Positions 50,597 through 62,515 of a stretch of 64,000 bases of DNA are shown here, piece by piece; positions within the stretch are counted from its first letter, which is position 1; every line of letters starts with the position of its first letter. The stretch comes from Massalongia carnosa (Eukaryota). The stretch covers positions 2,294,001 through 2,358,000 of the forward strand of contig OZ287071.1 in the NCBI GenBank assembly GCA_965645245.1. Direction: 5' to 3'. The notes beneath the pieces were generated by a model that made no database searches, had not been told where the DNA came from, and saw only the letters and a program-made list of their open reading frames with translations. A program made the position numbers and the translations under genes.

Positions 50597-51270
50597 TCAT
50601 TGGTCCATTCCGTCGAGGACGACACGATGGCGCATGGTATGCATATCCTGCTTGGTCGGTGTTCCCTCGCACGCCGTGTAGTAGGGATGATCATAGATAT
50701 TGCAGAATTCGGTTTCGCACTCGGGGTTGGACCACTTTATTGTTAGGACACACCCAAGAAGTATTCCATCGAATGATTCCCAACGCTTATTTTCAGCTGG
50801 CCTGGTGCTGACCACACTGATGGGTATTTGGTGGTGAGGACATAGCGTGCCACATTTTCCATGGGTTGTCCATCATCAGTCCACCCCAACATCTCGCCGC
50901 CGCGGCCGCATATGCAGTAATAAGGATTCCATTCCGCTATGATTCTTGCATCCTTCCCACATAGGTGGGGGATGTTTTGGAAGGAAACCGATCAGACCGT
51001 CATTTCCACTTTTCATCTCTGACCTGTGGTAGCTGGCGGCATGTACTTCGCTAGGCAGCTGCCCTGGACACGCTCCCATGGTTGTGCTAAGTCGCTGTTG
51101 CAGATAAACGCTGTAGTGATTGCACAGTCATTGTTACAAAGAAGTGAAGCGCCATCGTCCGAGCTGAAGTAACACCATCGAATATCATGGCTTGGATCTT
51201 GTCTCCAAACTGTAGGCACGATGGCGAGCAGAAGTGAGACGATTAAGAACGACTTGTAACTAGACGTTAC
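50597..51270 (-). pseudogene. Possible decayed secreted Cys-rich protein gene
   Basis: Signal-like SFLIVSLLLAIVPTVW followed by WCYF..LCNNDC..FICN..GSCLAKY, but with no nearby in-frame ATG (ACG at the expected position) and broken downstream frames. Confidence 0.3.
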
Positions 51271-54200
51271 GCGAAGACAAGAGCGCTGTTAGGTGTCTGA
51301 CCGAATGAGGAATATCTTAAGTTTTAAGCCGACGAAAATGAAAAGAAGAATTAGAAGATTTCAACCATCTAGCCTGGCAAGAGTAAGGTTATGTGGTGGA
51401 GGGTAGGATGTGCGGCAGCTCCCTTCTAGGATTGAGCCCTCATGGCTGGCGAGCCGGCAATTCGAGTATGATCTTCTTGTGACATGCGGTGCTTCAACGC
51501 CTGAAACTTGAACCAATTCATGTTGTTATGCGCGAAGCCTGCACAACAAGCAATATGCGAAAGACTTTGAAGCTGAGGATACTTGGGGGGATTCCGACCA
51601 TCGGTGCACTACGTTAGTACACATTTGTCGGATTATTTGATCTGATTTCATTGGCTGCATCTTACGTACTTGATACCGCTACTCAATTCCGTGGTGGGCG
51701 GTGTATAGACCTCGTCCAAGAAGAAGCGTTTGCAGTAAGCGTTCGTACTGGAAATCTCAGAGAACTCGTAGTTTTCCTACTATCCTCACACTTGCCCTGG
51801 CATCCCATAGTATTCTCTGCTACACCTTCAGTGATTTGAGATTCTCGCCTTTCATCTAATGCCATTGATAACGCATCCTAGCAGACCATCTTCGATTGCC
51901 CGTCTTCGATGGTCGGTCTTCGATGGTCGTGATTTATCATGAAAGCAGTTTCCTTGCTCAAGACAGTTTCAGTGCTATATGGCCAAGTGGACGGAGAGAA
52001 ATGACTTCCCACAGTCACGTATAGGCTTGGTTCAGGTAACAACTCCGATGAGTTTCGGTGGTAATAGCTGATGAGTATGCCTAGGCCGATGTATCCCTGT
52101 CTGAACAATGTAAAACAGTCATAAGAGACGGGGTGAAAGAACCGCGTTATGCAAAAAGGTGGTTGTATGTACCAGGACATGCGGGTTATAAACTAGCCAT
52201 AAGGGCGTTTAGGGTTGTTAACCATCTTTGAAGCCCATTTCAGGATGAGATAATGTTCAGTATAATTATTCCGCCAATGCGCCCAGAAGTATCCGCCATC
52301 CAAGGTCTTCAATTCCCTCTACAACGGCTTTGGCGAGAGAGCGCTCAGCCTCCTTCACATTGTGTTCGCTTTCAGACAAAAGGACAAGTGTAGACTATCA
52401 TCTGCTTGTTACAGCATCACCTAGAAGTCCAATCTTGCTGAGCGAAGAAAGCAGTGTTAGCACATTAACTATATTCGCAGGATCTCTGACTACGAGTCCA
52501 ATATCAGAGACTAGCATAGAACCATTGACGTACAGAGCGCGTACATCCAATCACCCAGCCCTTTCCAATGAAGCTTATTACACACGACTTTCAAATTGTG
52601 TTTCACGAAACCAGAGTATACTCTACACTTGAAACGCCGATACAATACCCCAAGGAACATTGGTCTCCATAGTGCTTTTATGGTCAGTCCTTGTACTTGG
52701 GACTGGGATCTTCTACATATTGCTTCTCGCATATTTAAGAACCGAACCTCTCATTACAAGCCAAGTCTGCACTGAAGCCAAAGTAACAAGATATTATAAC
52801 GAAGATCCAAAAACTGCAAACTCCGATGGGCTAACGATAGTACCTTCCGAGTGAAAATTATCCTCTGGGGAAAATACGTCGCCGTCAACCAGGATCAAGC
52901 TTAGGAAGAAACAAGCATTGAGACAGGCGGTTACAACTCTACGGGACAGTGGGAGTCCAAAGATAACACTGTAGATACTTCAGCAGAGTGGACTAGACTA
53001 GACACTTTCGACGTCTCGCTCACAACCAAACATGACAATAAAAAGCACAAAAGGCCTTTGACCTCATGTTTAAAAACACTATCTATTTCACCATGTGGAA
53101 ACGTACAAAAATTGATAGTAGCTACGGCCTTTTACGCAAGCGGAAACTAACGAATGGTACGGCCGCTCGCACTCATGCCAGAATGAGCGCCGAAAGCGCG
53201 GCTCTTATTAACAAGCGGATGGAAAGGGTATTCATTAATAAAAGCAAAAAGAACAAGGAGAAAATAGTTGGAGATTGCCAGCCTGGGGCGCTCACCAATG
53301 AGGCCCGGCCGGGAAGCCTACATTATTTAAATCGGGTTTTCTGTGGAGAAGAAGCTTTACACGGAGAAGTGACTTCGCTACTTTTCTCTTCTGTCGGAAT
53401 AGAATTCAGTCCAAGATGAGATGCAAAATCTTCAGGATAAGCCCTTGGTACCATTTCCCCGAGGGATATTTGGGGACGAAAACTACAACATTAGCCTTAC
53501 CTTTATGAATATGTACAATCGTCTCAAGCGTTCGTCAAGAAAACAGCCATCAAGTTCAGAGCATGAGTGCAAAAGGCCTCAATAACTGATTATGCAGTAG
53601 CGCAGAGCGATTTACCGCAACCTATCATTCCCACGTCACCTAACCAAGGTGCATTAGCCGAGTTCCTCAATGCCTCATCATCATTATCATCGTCGTTGTC
53701 GTAGTCGTCGTCGTCGTCGTCATTATTGCTATCAGTCTAGTTGTATGTGTTGGGCTGACGGACTACTATGTTGAGAAAGAAAGAAAAAAGGAAGAAGCGA
53801 GCAGCGGATGGGAGACGGAAAAGCCAAAAGGTAATCTTGATTAATAGGCTGGCTGGCTGGGCGGAGTTTCCGAGAGGTGGTGACAAGTTTATATTTTCAT
53901 GAAGGACCCGGGGGGTGGGGAAGCTTTCTTTAGAATATACAATTGATAAGAACCCGAAATCTCTATGGGGTATCTGTCTCCGGAGTTTGTGATTACATCC
54001 ATAGGGTTTATGCCCTAGTCCATCACGATGCGGAAATGGGTTTAGTGATGGTGTTATGTACTAATTATTTTATTGATACAGGTCTACTCTAACTACCACC
54101 CCGCGGAGATTTCTCTACGCCGATTGAGGTCTCCAATATTTAGACGAGACAGCATGATAAGCAAAGGACGCTGGAGATATGCCTCCCGCTCTAGGCAACA

Positions 54201-54620
54201 GGAAGGCGACAGCCAATCCGCAGTAGAGATATATATCGCACCGTGAGGGACAACCCGAAGCATCTTCCACTTCCTTGTAGTCTCTAGCGTTTTCACTGCC
54301 GGCATGAAAAAAAAAAACCGTTCCCCTCACTACGCTGGTCCACCGCAAACCGAGGAGTATATCGTGGCGGCAAGGGGAGAAACCATCCAGCTAAGCGACC
54401 TTGCCCTGCAAAACCCAGGATGGAAATCCATCATAACCGAAAGTAAACCTCGTTACCCTTGTGGCGCTGGGAGTTTATATCGTCGTTGGAGCGAACTCCG
54501 ATGACGTCAGGTTGACAGAATATCCGGAAGTAATAGTCATGGGTGTAGAGCCGGGCGGCACCATCGTCGAAGGGAAATCCAAGGCAATCGCCAATACTGC
54601 CCACTAGCGAGGGAACTTCT

Positions 54621-55115
54621 CTAAGCCGCCACCGCCGTCGCCGTAGCCGGAGGTAAGTACTTGAGCACCGGCCAGCAAAGACCTGTGCACGGGGCCAGCA
54701 TGACAAAATTGACCGTCAAAAGGCCCGACGTCCTCGACTCATTGTCCGCCGCCAACGGCACGCTCCCGCACCCGCGGCAGCCGTGCTCGACCAGCTGCCG
54801 CATCTTCTCCTTCAGTAGCACTCCGTAGACCCCCCCGCGCGGGGCGCGCTTGCCTTGCACGAAGGCGCAGTAGAAGCCCGACCAGCCGTCGTAGAAGCAG
54901 GCGATGCTCTGCCCGGGCATGTACACGTCGCGGTCGTGCATCCGCGCCATGTGCGCCGCTAGCTTCTCCATCACGCCCATGTTGTCCGACGTCAGGCATC
55001 GCGCGCTGCCGTGGCAGTTTATGCCGACTCCGTTGACGGGGGTGGAGAGGAGGAAGAGGGGGAGGAGGAGTGCGGTTAGGGCGAGGGCGAGGAGATTGTA
55101 GGCGAATCGGAACAT
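54621..55115 (-). CDS. KP4 killer-toxin-like secreted protein (164 aa)
   Basis: Signal peptide, then VGINCHGSARC...GQSIAC...YCAFVQ...LVEHGCRGCGSVP...GLLTVNFV...CTGLC, the KP4 family pattern. The ORF-track start at 55463 is over-extended. Confidence 0.9.
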   Translation of the reverse strand: MFRFAYNLLALALTALLLPLFLLSTPVNGVGINCHGSARCLTSDNMGVMEKLAAHMARMHDRDVYMPGQSIACFYDGWSGFYCAFVQGKRAPRGGVYGVLLKEKMRQLVEHGCRGCGSVPLAADNESRTSGLLTVNFVMLAPCTGLCWPVLKYLPPATATAVAA

Positions 55116-56523
55116 CCTTAGGGAGGAGGAGAGGAGTGGAGTCTGAGCGAAGATAAGAATCGCCTGGTGATTGGATGGATTCCGCTGTGTGTAATGTATT
55201 ACTATATATATTAGAGGAGACGAATGCACTGGGTATATATAGAGTTGAAAGAAAGGTAGTAACTTGATTATAGGTGGATCAGAAACAGAACGAAGGTCTA
55301 TAGAAACCCGAAATTCTCTATCGAAGGAAAAGCGTGAATGAGCAAGGAAAAAGAGAGCACTCTTTATATATATATATACATCAATGATACATACATACAT
55401 ACCACCCAAACAAACCGAACAGGGACAGAGCGATTCTTCATGAAAATTCATGACGTCTTTCATATCAGCTTATTGAGCGTGTTATCCCAACTTATCAGGT
55501 TATTATCCAAAAAACCAACCCCCCTCGAAGAAAACCATACCCGCACCCTGGAAAAAAGTCACTACTCTCCGCGGTTTTGGGTGAAGGGGTAGTTGGACTA
55601 GTTTAGTAGTTACTATATATACGGAGACAGAGTTAGATAGGCATCTAGGATAATCATATCTCTCACTTCGCCTCCCCCGAGCCTTCCGTTTGGCTTTTTG
55701 GTTTTTGCGAAATCCCCCCGGTTCAGCTTTACTATCTTCAGGTTTTACGTTTGGCTTTTTCCCCCTCCTCCCAACGGCAAATAGCTAGCCCCTTTTCCGA
55801 TCGAAACCTTGCGTGATATGTTCGTTCCGCAGGTGCTGGTTGATTGATCGATTTATTGATTGTGGCGGGGCTTTCTCTAACTACCTATTTTTTTCTTCTT
55901 CTGGATACAGGAAAGAAAACTGAAAAAGAAAAGAAATGATCAACGTAAATTGAGGAATATATTTTAAAAAAAAGTTTATGTTTGCCTTTTGAATAAAAGT
56001 GTGGTCCCCCTTTCCCCTCCACACCCCCTTACGCCCCTTCAGACAAAACCTTTAGCGAGTCGCCTCGCGGATTTGGATTGGCAGAAGTTAACTTACATTA
56101 GTTTGGCAAGAGCAAGATGTCACAATGTGTACTCCGTACCTATTCTAGATAGTGTGAATCTCTCAGTTTGCGGGACTACCCAACTATGTACGAAGTATAG
56201 AGTATCTATCGAGGAAATCTCCCATAACAGGAGGCGCTAGCGTTATTTGGTGTTTTTTAGAGTGGGATCAGGTTCGTTGAGGAGTGCATGGTTGGCTTGA
56301 GGAGGCAGCGAAATGCAAGAGAGATGGACATCTCTTGTGAGCTGAAGATCCTGCCTGCCATAAAACCGAACTCATCGAAAGAACAACCGTGGGTACAATT
56401 AAAGATATAAGTACAGAAAAGCAAAAACCCAAAGTTTCAAATCCGAGCCCACAATCGCTTGACCAAAACCCATGTTGTGCAAGTGAAACGCTAGAGTAAA
56501 GATGCTTAATCTCTATTTTGTAG

Positions 56524-57532
56524 TTAGATGACCAGCGCAAGCCCCAAAGCCATGATGATGGCACCGTAAGAGCAAACCCCATAGGCGGACAAAGCTCCAT
56601 TCGATGCGGCTGGGGATGAATTCTTCGACGAGCTTGATGACGAAGTCTTTGACGCGCCCTTGGCCGAGCTCTGAGATGTGGCTCCTAGAGCATTTTTAGA
56701 CGAGGCTTGGGACGAAGCTTGAGACGAGGATTGAGATGAAGCTTGAGATGAAGCTTGAGACGCAGCGGCGGTGGCCTCAGATGTAGCTGCCGCGCTCGAG
56801 CCGGCCACAAGCGTTGTCCCTGAATTGGCAGCTAGCGATGTTGAGGCAGCCGCGACGGGATTTGTAGTAGTAGGCTTGGAAGGCGTGGTTAGCGGCGACG
56901 TTGGTCTCGCTGCGCCCGTGGCGCTCCCAGAGGCAGCCGTGGCTGAATGTGTCAACGCCGGGCTAGTTGAGCTTTCGAAGTTCCCAGTGCTGCCGTCTGG
57001 GAGGGTGTATGCGCCTGTCAACAGGTTACCGGTTGTGCCGTCTGCGAGATGGAAATCTTTCGTGCTGTGGACGTTCTTGTAAGCGAGGGCTCCTGCAGAG
57101 TGAAGGAACACCCAGAGAATGACTGGAGGAACAAGCGGTGTGTACCTAGGATCGACGCAAAATAGGACATCTTCAGAGGAAATGCAGGCCTCGTTGCTTG
57201 AGCCTAAGCACAAACATTGTAGTGAGCCACCGGATTTCAAGAAGCGTTGCCATCTGAACGAGAACTCTTACACACTAAGTCCGCACGCTTCGCAACCAGA
57301 ACTTGCCGAGGAAGAAGCCTCATGGCGCGAGATGTGATGATATCACCTGCGCTGGAGCTGTTACCAGTGAGGCTTTCAATCGGGACTGCATTTGTGGCTG
57401 TGCACGACTGCGACTGTGATGAGTTAGAGAATATTGCTGTGAACCTTCATGCTCCACTGAGGTGGTAAGATAGCCTACCGCGCACACCGCGATCAATCCT
57501 GCAAGCTGGAAGGATATAAGAGCAATCTTCAT
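56524..57532 (-). pseudogene. GPI-anchored Ser/Thr/Ala-rich cell-surface protein gene with disrupted 5' half
   Basis: Signal peptide MKIALISFQLAGLIAVCA, Cys cluster, DGTTGNLLTGAYTLPDGSTGN, S/T/A stalk and hydrophobic GPI-type tail. The signal peptide, LLPRQ and CEACG segments lie in different frames with stops (e.g. TAA about 57269). Confidence 0.6.
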
Positions 57533-58451
57533 GATGGAGATACTGTTAAAAGCGAAGATGTAATATATGCTTATTCCCGAATGGCAACAGTTATCTTAAG
57601 GGAAAATAGTATGACGAAATGATTTTCTGGAGATGCGGGCTCAAGGAGGATATTTGAACCAGAGCGCGTGAGCTGGACGCATCAACTTATCTATTTCTCA
57701 GCCTTATCTGAATAATTTTTTCAGGGTCACTAGGTTTGTACAAAGCAGCGCTGGAGGCTTTTGCGTCCGTGTGTTTGTGGAGAAATTCGATAAAAGGCTG
57801 CCGGAACCTATGGAATGACGGGCTTGGCGTCCATAAAGGGTCGGAACTTGAGGCGCAGGGGACCTCCCTAACAATCTTTCGGCGGCAGAGGTCCATTCGC
57901 CTGCATATTCATGCATAACTAGGTATGTACTCTGTTGCTTGAAGGTCTTGGACGAGCTGCGGAGTCTAGATTTTTTCGTGTCAATAGGTCTTACAATTCG
58001 GCCCTAAGTATGGGCTGACTGCTGTAGCGCATCGCCAACAACCATCACTTCCCCAATTCTCAAGAGACTTTATCCGTACTGAAGCAGGGAAAAGGGGAGA
58101 GTGAGCTGGATACAAACCGACTAAAGGGTGCTTACTTGTGTTACTCTGTACAGAGAAGTAGATGTTGAGATGGGATAGGTCCTTTTAGATGTAGTAGGCA
58201 TTGTGGCATTGCAGTGTACAGAGTACTACGGAATAGCACACTAGTTACTCTAATTAGTTCCGTGACCACGGATACCCTATTCCCGTGATGTCGCTAACTA
58301 GAAACAGGTAACTACCTATCAGATAAGGGCATTCGTTACCCATACAAGCCCTCAATAGTCATTGTGATCACGTAGAATTGCTCCCCGACTCTGTAGCTAT
58401 CTTGGCCGAAAGTTATATCGTCCCTTCTGTTGTGGCTGCATTGTGGCAACC

Positions 58452-60139
58452 ATGGGGAGCTCTTTTGTCGTGCCCAACGACGCCCCCCCGATTCACTAGA
58501 CGAGCATCGTCACTTCCTCACCAATGTGCTTAATAACTTAACTAACTGCGAGGCATATCAGAAGCAAAGACCTATGAAGGTTCAGTCTTACACCCCGTTA
58601 CTCTCCAGTATGCTCAGCCTACTGGAGAAGATGCGCAACCAGCCCACAATGGATCAGGTCCAAGCTACCATCAACCAAATAAAGAACACTACAGAGCAAA
58701 CGCTCACTAAAGTCACCTATGTCGAGCGCAAGCAAGACACCGCCCGCACAACACCCACTACCTCCTCCGCGGCCACTACTGGCTACAAGAGGACGATAAC
58801 CTGGGCAGAACGGGCAGCCTTTGCTGCCTCGGCCCCAACGATCTCTACGCTTTCGGGGACGTCCATCCCCGCTCCTATACTAGAAGAGAAAGCTCGTGAA
58901 ATCGTCGTCAAACTGAACAACGAAGCCATAGCAAAGGATCTGGCCAAACTGGCCTCCTCAGCGCTCAAAGACAGAATCAACGCGGCAATATCTAACGCGT
59001 TAAAGGATCATAACAACACGAGAATTCCGACCAATCAAAACGCTCCCGCCCCCCCTATTTCCAATGGCACAGCCAAGGCAGCAGCCGTAGCAATAGCAGC
59101 AAAGGTCCTCCCTAGCGGAGACCTACAGGTAATAGTCAACAACGCCTCAGACACGGAACGCCTAAGAAAAGACACCCGATGGGCCATCAGGCTATCGAGC
59201 AAAGCTACTATAATACAGCCAAGCTTCGGCTTAATCGCGCACTTTGTACCGGCTAATCTAAGCATGACAGACATCAAGGAACGCCTCTGGGAGGAAAATA
59301 AGTCACATATGCCCGTTAGGAATAGGGTAACAGGAGTAGAATGGTTGTCCCGCACGAGTAAGGCAGGAGCCACAGCTAGATCCATGGTGGTATACTTTGA
59401 GAACGAATTAGACTGCAATGCCATTTTGGCCTCGCAGCTATATTTGGATGGGAGATCTTTCGCGGTGGAAAGACATGTTCCGGAGGCCAGGCTTAGGCAA
59501 TGTTTCCGGTGCGGTAAGTATGGTCACACGAGCCATGCTTGCCGACAGAAGCATCAAACATGCTTCAAATGTTCCGAAAGTCACCACATGACCGATTGCA
59601 AATCGGTCACTCTCAAATGCAATGCGTGTGGCAAGGAGGGCCACGGGGCAAGCGCAGAGTCTTGCCCGGAGCGAAAGAAGGAAAAGGCCCGAATGAAGCG
59701 GGCCAAAGAAGAAGCTCTCCCCTTCTGGCCTCTCAGGGCCTCCTCAAGGGAGACCCTAAATGGTCAGGAACAAGAACGGAGCAGTCCGCCGGCATCGACC
59801 ACGCCGACGGTCACGACAAGCAGTGAGGTGACCCCAGCCTCAACCCAGGTGGAACAGGGCCCTCGAACGGGCTCTGTACGAGAGAAAGATTGGCAAACCG
59901 TGCCAACTCTTCGCAAGGGGAAGAAGCGGGCGCATGGGGAGGTAGAGCCCCTGGCAGACAACCCCAGTTCTACCAACAGGAGCATGGCACAAGCAGCTTC
60001 TAAGAAGGGAAAGAAGAAACCCTCCTCGAAGGCTGTGGAAGTCTTGAGCGATAAGGAGAACGACGATAGTTCTTCAATGACCACCAGATCGGCAACCCGT
60101 CGCTTGCAGCCCAGTACTCAGACAGAAGAGGAACTATGA
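58452..60139 (+). CDS. LINE ORF1 gag-like nucleic-acid-binding protein (probable frameshift in C7 run 58483-58489)
   Basis: QCFRCGKYGHTSHAC, CFKCSESHHMTDC, KCNACGKEGH.A....CP and LPSGDL motifs. Confidence 0.85.
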
Positions 60140-62360
60140 GTGAATACACCCACTATCTGTCCATACTTCAGTACAACTGCAACAAATCCAAGAACACTGT
60201 CATGGCGGACTTCCTTCGCAGGGAGGAAACCATGAAATACGGCATCCTGGCCATCCAGGAACCCTGGGCGGGGAACCCCTATCAACACACCACGCACAAT
60301 CCGGTCAAAAATGTTTTCCACCTTCTCTATCCCCCCGAAACAGGAGAACAAGAGCTCCCTCCGAGAGTATGCATGTTCGTCAACAAAGACATAGCAAGCG
60401 CCTCTTGGAAGGTAACCTTCCACTCTCCCGATCTGATGACTTTGCACTTGGAATTTCCTGGCGAAACCCAGCGAGTCATCAATATCCATAACATCTACAA
60501 TCCCTCCCCCTCTCAGGGAAACTATAGCACCTTGCCAGACCTAAGCAAGGCGCTAGAGGTGGAGGGAGAACACATAGTGGTAGGGGACTTCAATCTTCAC
60601 CATCCCCTATGGACTGGCGAAGACTACCATCATCAACATCCGGAGGCAGACCAACTACTGGAGATTCTCGATCATAGCGAGCTAGAACTTCTGCTCCCCC
60701 CTGGCACCATAACATACGATCATAGATCAGCACAGAGCACGATAGACTTAACGTTCGCAACCCCCGCAGTGGCTTCAGCCGTACTCATGTGCGATGTGAG
60801 AAGAGAGTTGGATTGTGACTCAGATCACTACCCCATTGGCACAGCATTCGATATCACCACAGTTAAGAGGGCCATAAGGTCCTCTCGCATGTGGTCTAAG
60901 ACTGATAGGAAAAAGCTACTAGACACGATGACAGACAAGCTCCCGGCACCTAGGAGCGTGAGCACAGTTCAAGAACTCGACAACTTGGCCCATGAGTTAG
61001 TTGAAGCTATCCAGCACGCAGTGGAGACAGCAGTCCCACTTTCTAGAGGGTGCAATCATTCAAAACCTGGCTTTACCCCGGAATGCAAAGAGGCAGTCAC
61101 CCTATGCAGACGTCTCAGGCGCAAGCATAAGGAAACGCGCTCTCTGGAAGACTGGGAAGCCTACCGAGAGGCGAGAAACAGCAAAAACAAAATCGTACAA
61201 AAAGCTCTTAAGACAACACATAGGGACATGGTAGAGGAGGCCACCAGCACTCCAGATGGTCTCTGGAAGCTTGCGAAATGGGCTAAGAACAGGTCGACCC
61301 CATTCCAAGCCTTCACCCCAACCCTAATGAAAAGCGATGGCTCCAAAGTGACGGAGGCTTCGGGCAAGGCTGAACTGCTTCGCAGACAGTTTTTTCCTAT
61401 CCCGGACGCGACCAATCTTGAAGACATCGCCGATTATCACTATCCAGAGCCAATCCAATTTGCTCCCATCTCAGCTCGGGAAATAACTAAAGCCATCACA
61501 AAGGCAGCACCACTCTCGGCCCCAGGCCCCGACGGACTGCCTAATAGAATCCTCAGAGATGTGTTACCGCTCATCATGCCCACACTTGTAGCTCTGTATA
61601 ACGCCAGCTGGGAACTGGGTCATCACCCCAATGCTTTCAGAGAATCCACCACGGTGGTTCTCAGAGTCAGGGAGGTCAAAAGAAATTCATCATCAATGCA
61701 TGCAACTCTATTGCAAACAAACTCAGAGGCCGGGCTGGACGCAAACGAGCTCCTGCGAGTACCCCGGGAATGCTGAAACACGCATGGGCCAAGAAAATAA
61801 TATCGGACACACATAAAATCGCGTCGCCGGTAGCGCACCCACTATGGGCCGAACCCCCCCCGAATACAGCTCGAGAAATTGAAGAGGCGCGGGCGGCTCA
61901 AGGTAAAATAGCCGCAAAAATAAAAAAACGATATATAGACGCATGGCAGACCTCATGGAAAACATATCAGAATCGCACATCTACGCCTACTCCAGCACAG
62001 GCAGCCCCACTAACCAAAAAACGCATCAAATTACACAAAACTCTAGCCAAAGCAGAAAGCGCTCTAACTATCCAGATACGCTCAGAAAAGATAGGCCTAG
62101 CCGACTTTCTATTTAGACGTCACGTCCCCAACGTCCTAACACCAAACTGTCCATGTGGCTGGCCGAAACAAACCGCGAAACATGTAATCATGTTTTGCAA
62201 ACTTAACAGCAACAGACAGTCAATGTTACGTTGTATAGGCACAAACAACTATCGACTAATTACCGACTCATCCAGAGCGATGAAACTAGTCACCGCTTGG
62301 TTAATGAAGACCGGCTTACTGACTCAGTTCTCAATGACAGCACAGCATTTATATCATTGA
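60136..62360 (+). pseudogene. LINE ORF2: endonuclease, RT N-terminus, deletion/frameshift at about 61665, C-terminal zinc-finger region
   Basis: ILQYNC, LAIQEPW, NIYNP, VGDFNLHHP.W, TIDLTF, SDHYPI, SAPGPDGLPN..L, FRESTTVVLR, then an abrupt switch with no YRPIALL, PQG or YxDD motifs. The 3' frame has QIRSEKIGL..FL...CPCG...TAKHVIMFC. Confidence 0.9.
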
Positions 62361-62515
62361 CAACCACACGTCAAGTCGCTAAAAGGCGACTTTCCTTTCC
62401 TTTAACCTGTCACCGGTCAACTGTTCTTCAGATAGATCCCTCGACCGAGACTCGAAAAGTATTCGGAGAGATGTCGGATTACTTGGTTTTTCTTCCTTAA
62501 AAGGTTTTCCATGTA

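Noticed and set aside
58132..58143. TTAC-N7-A motif suggesting a Starship boundary
   Set aside because: Short motif expected by chance, and no DUF3435 tyrosine recombinase or matching second boundary is present in the window.
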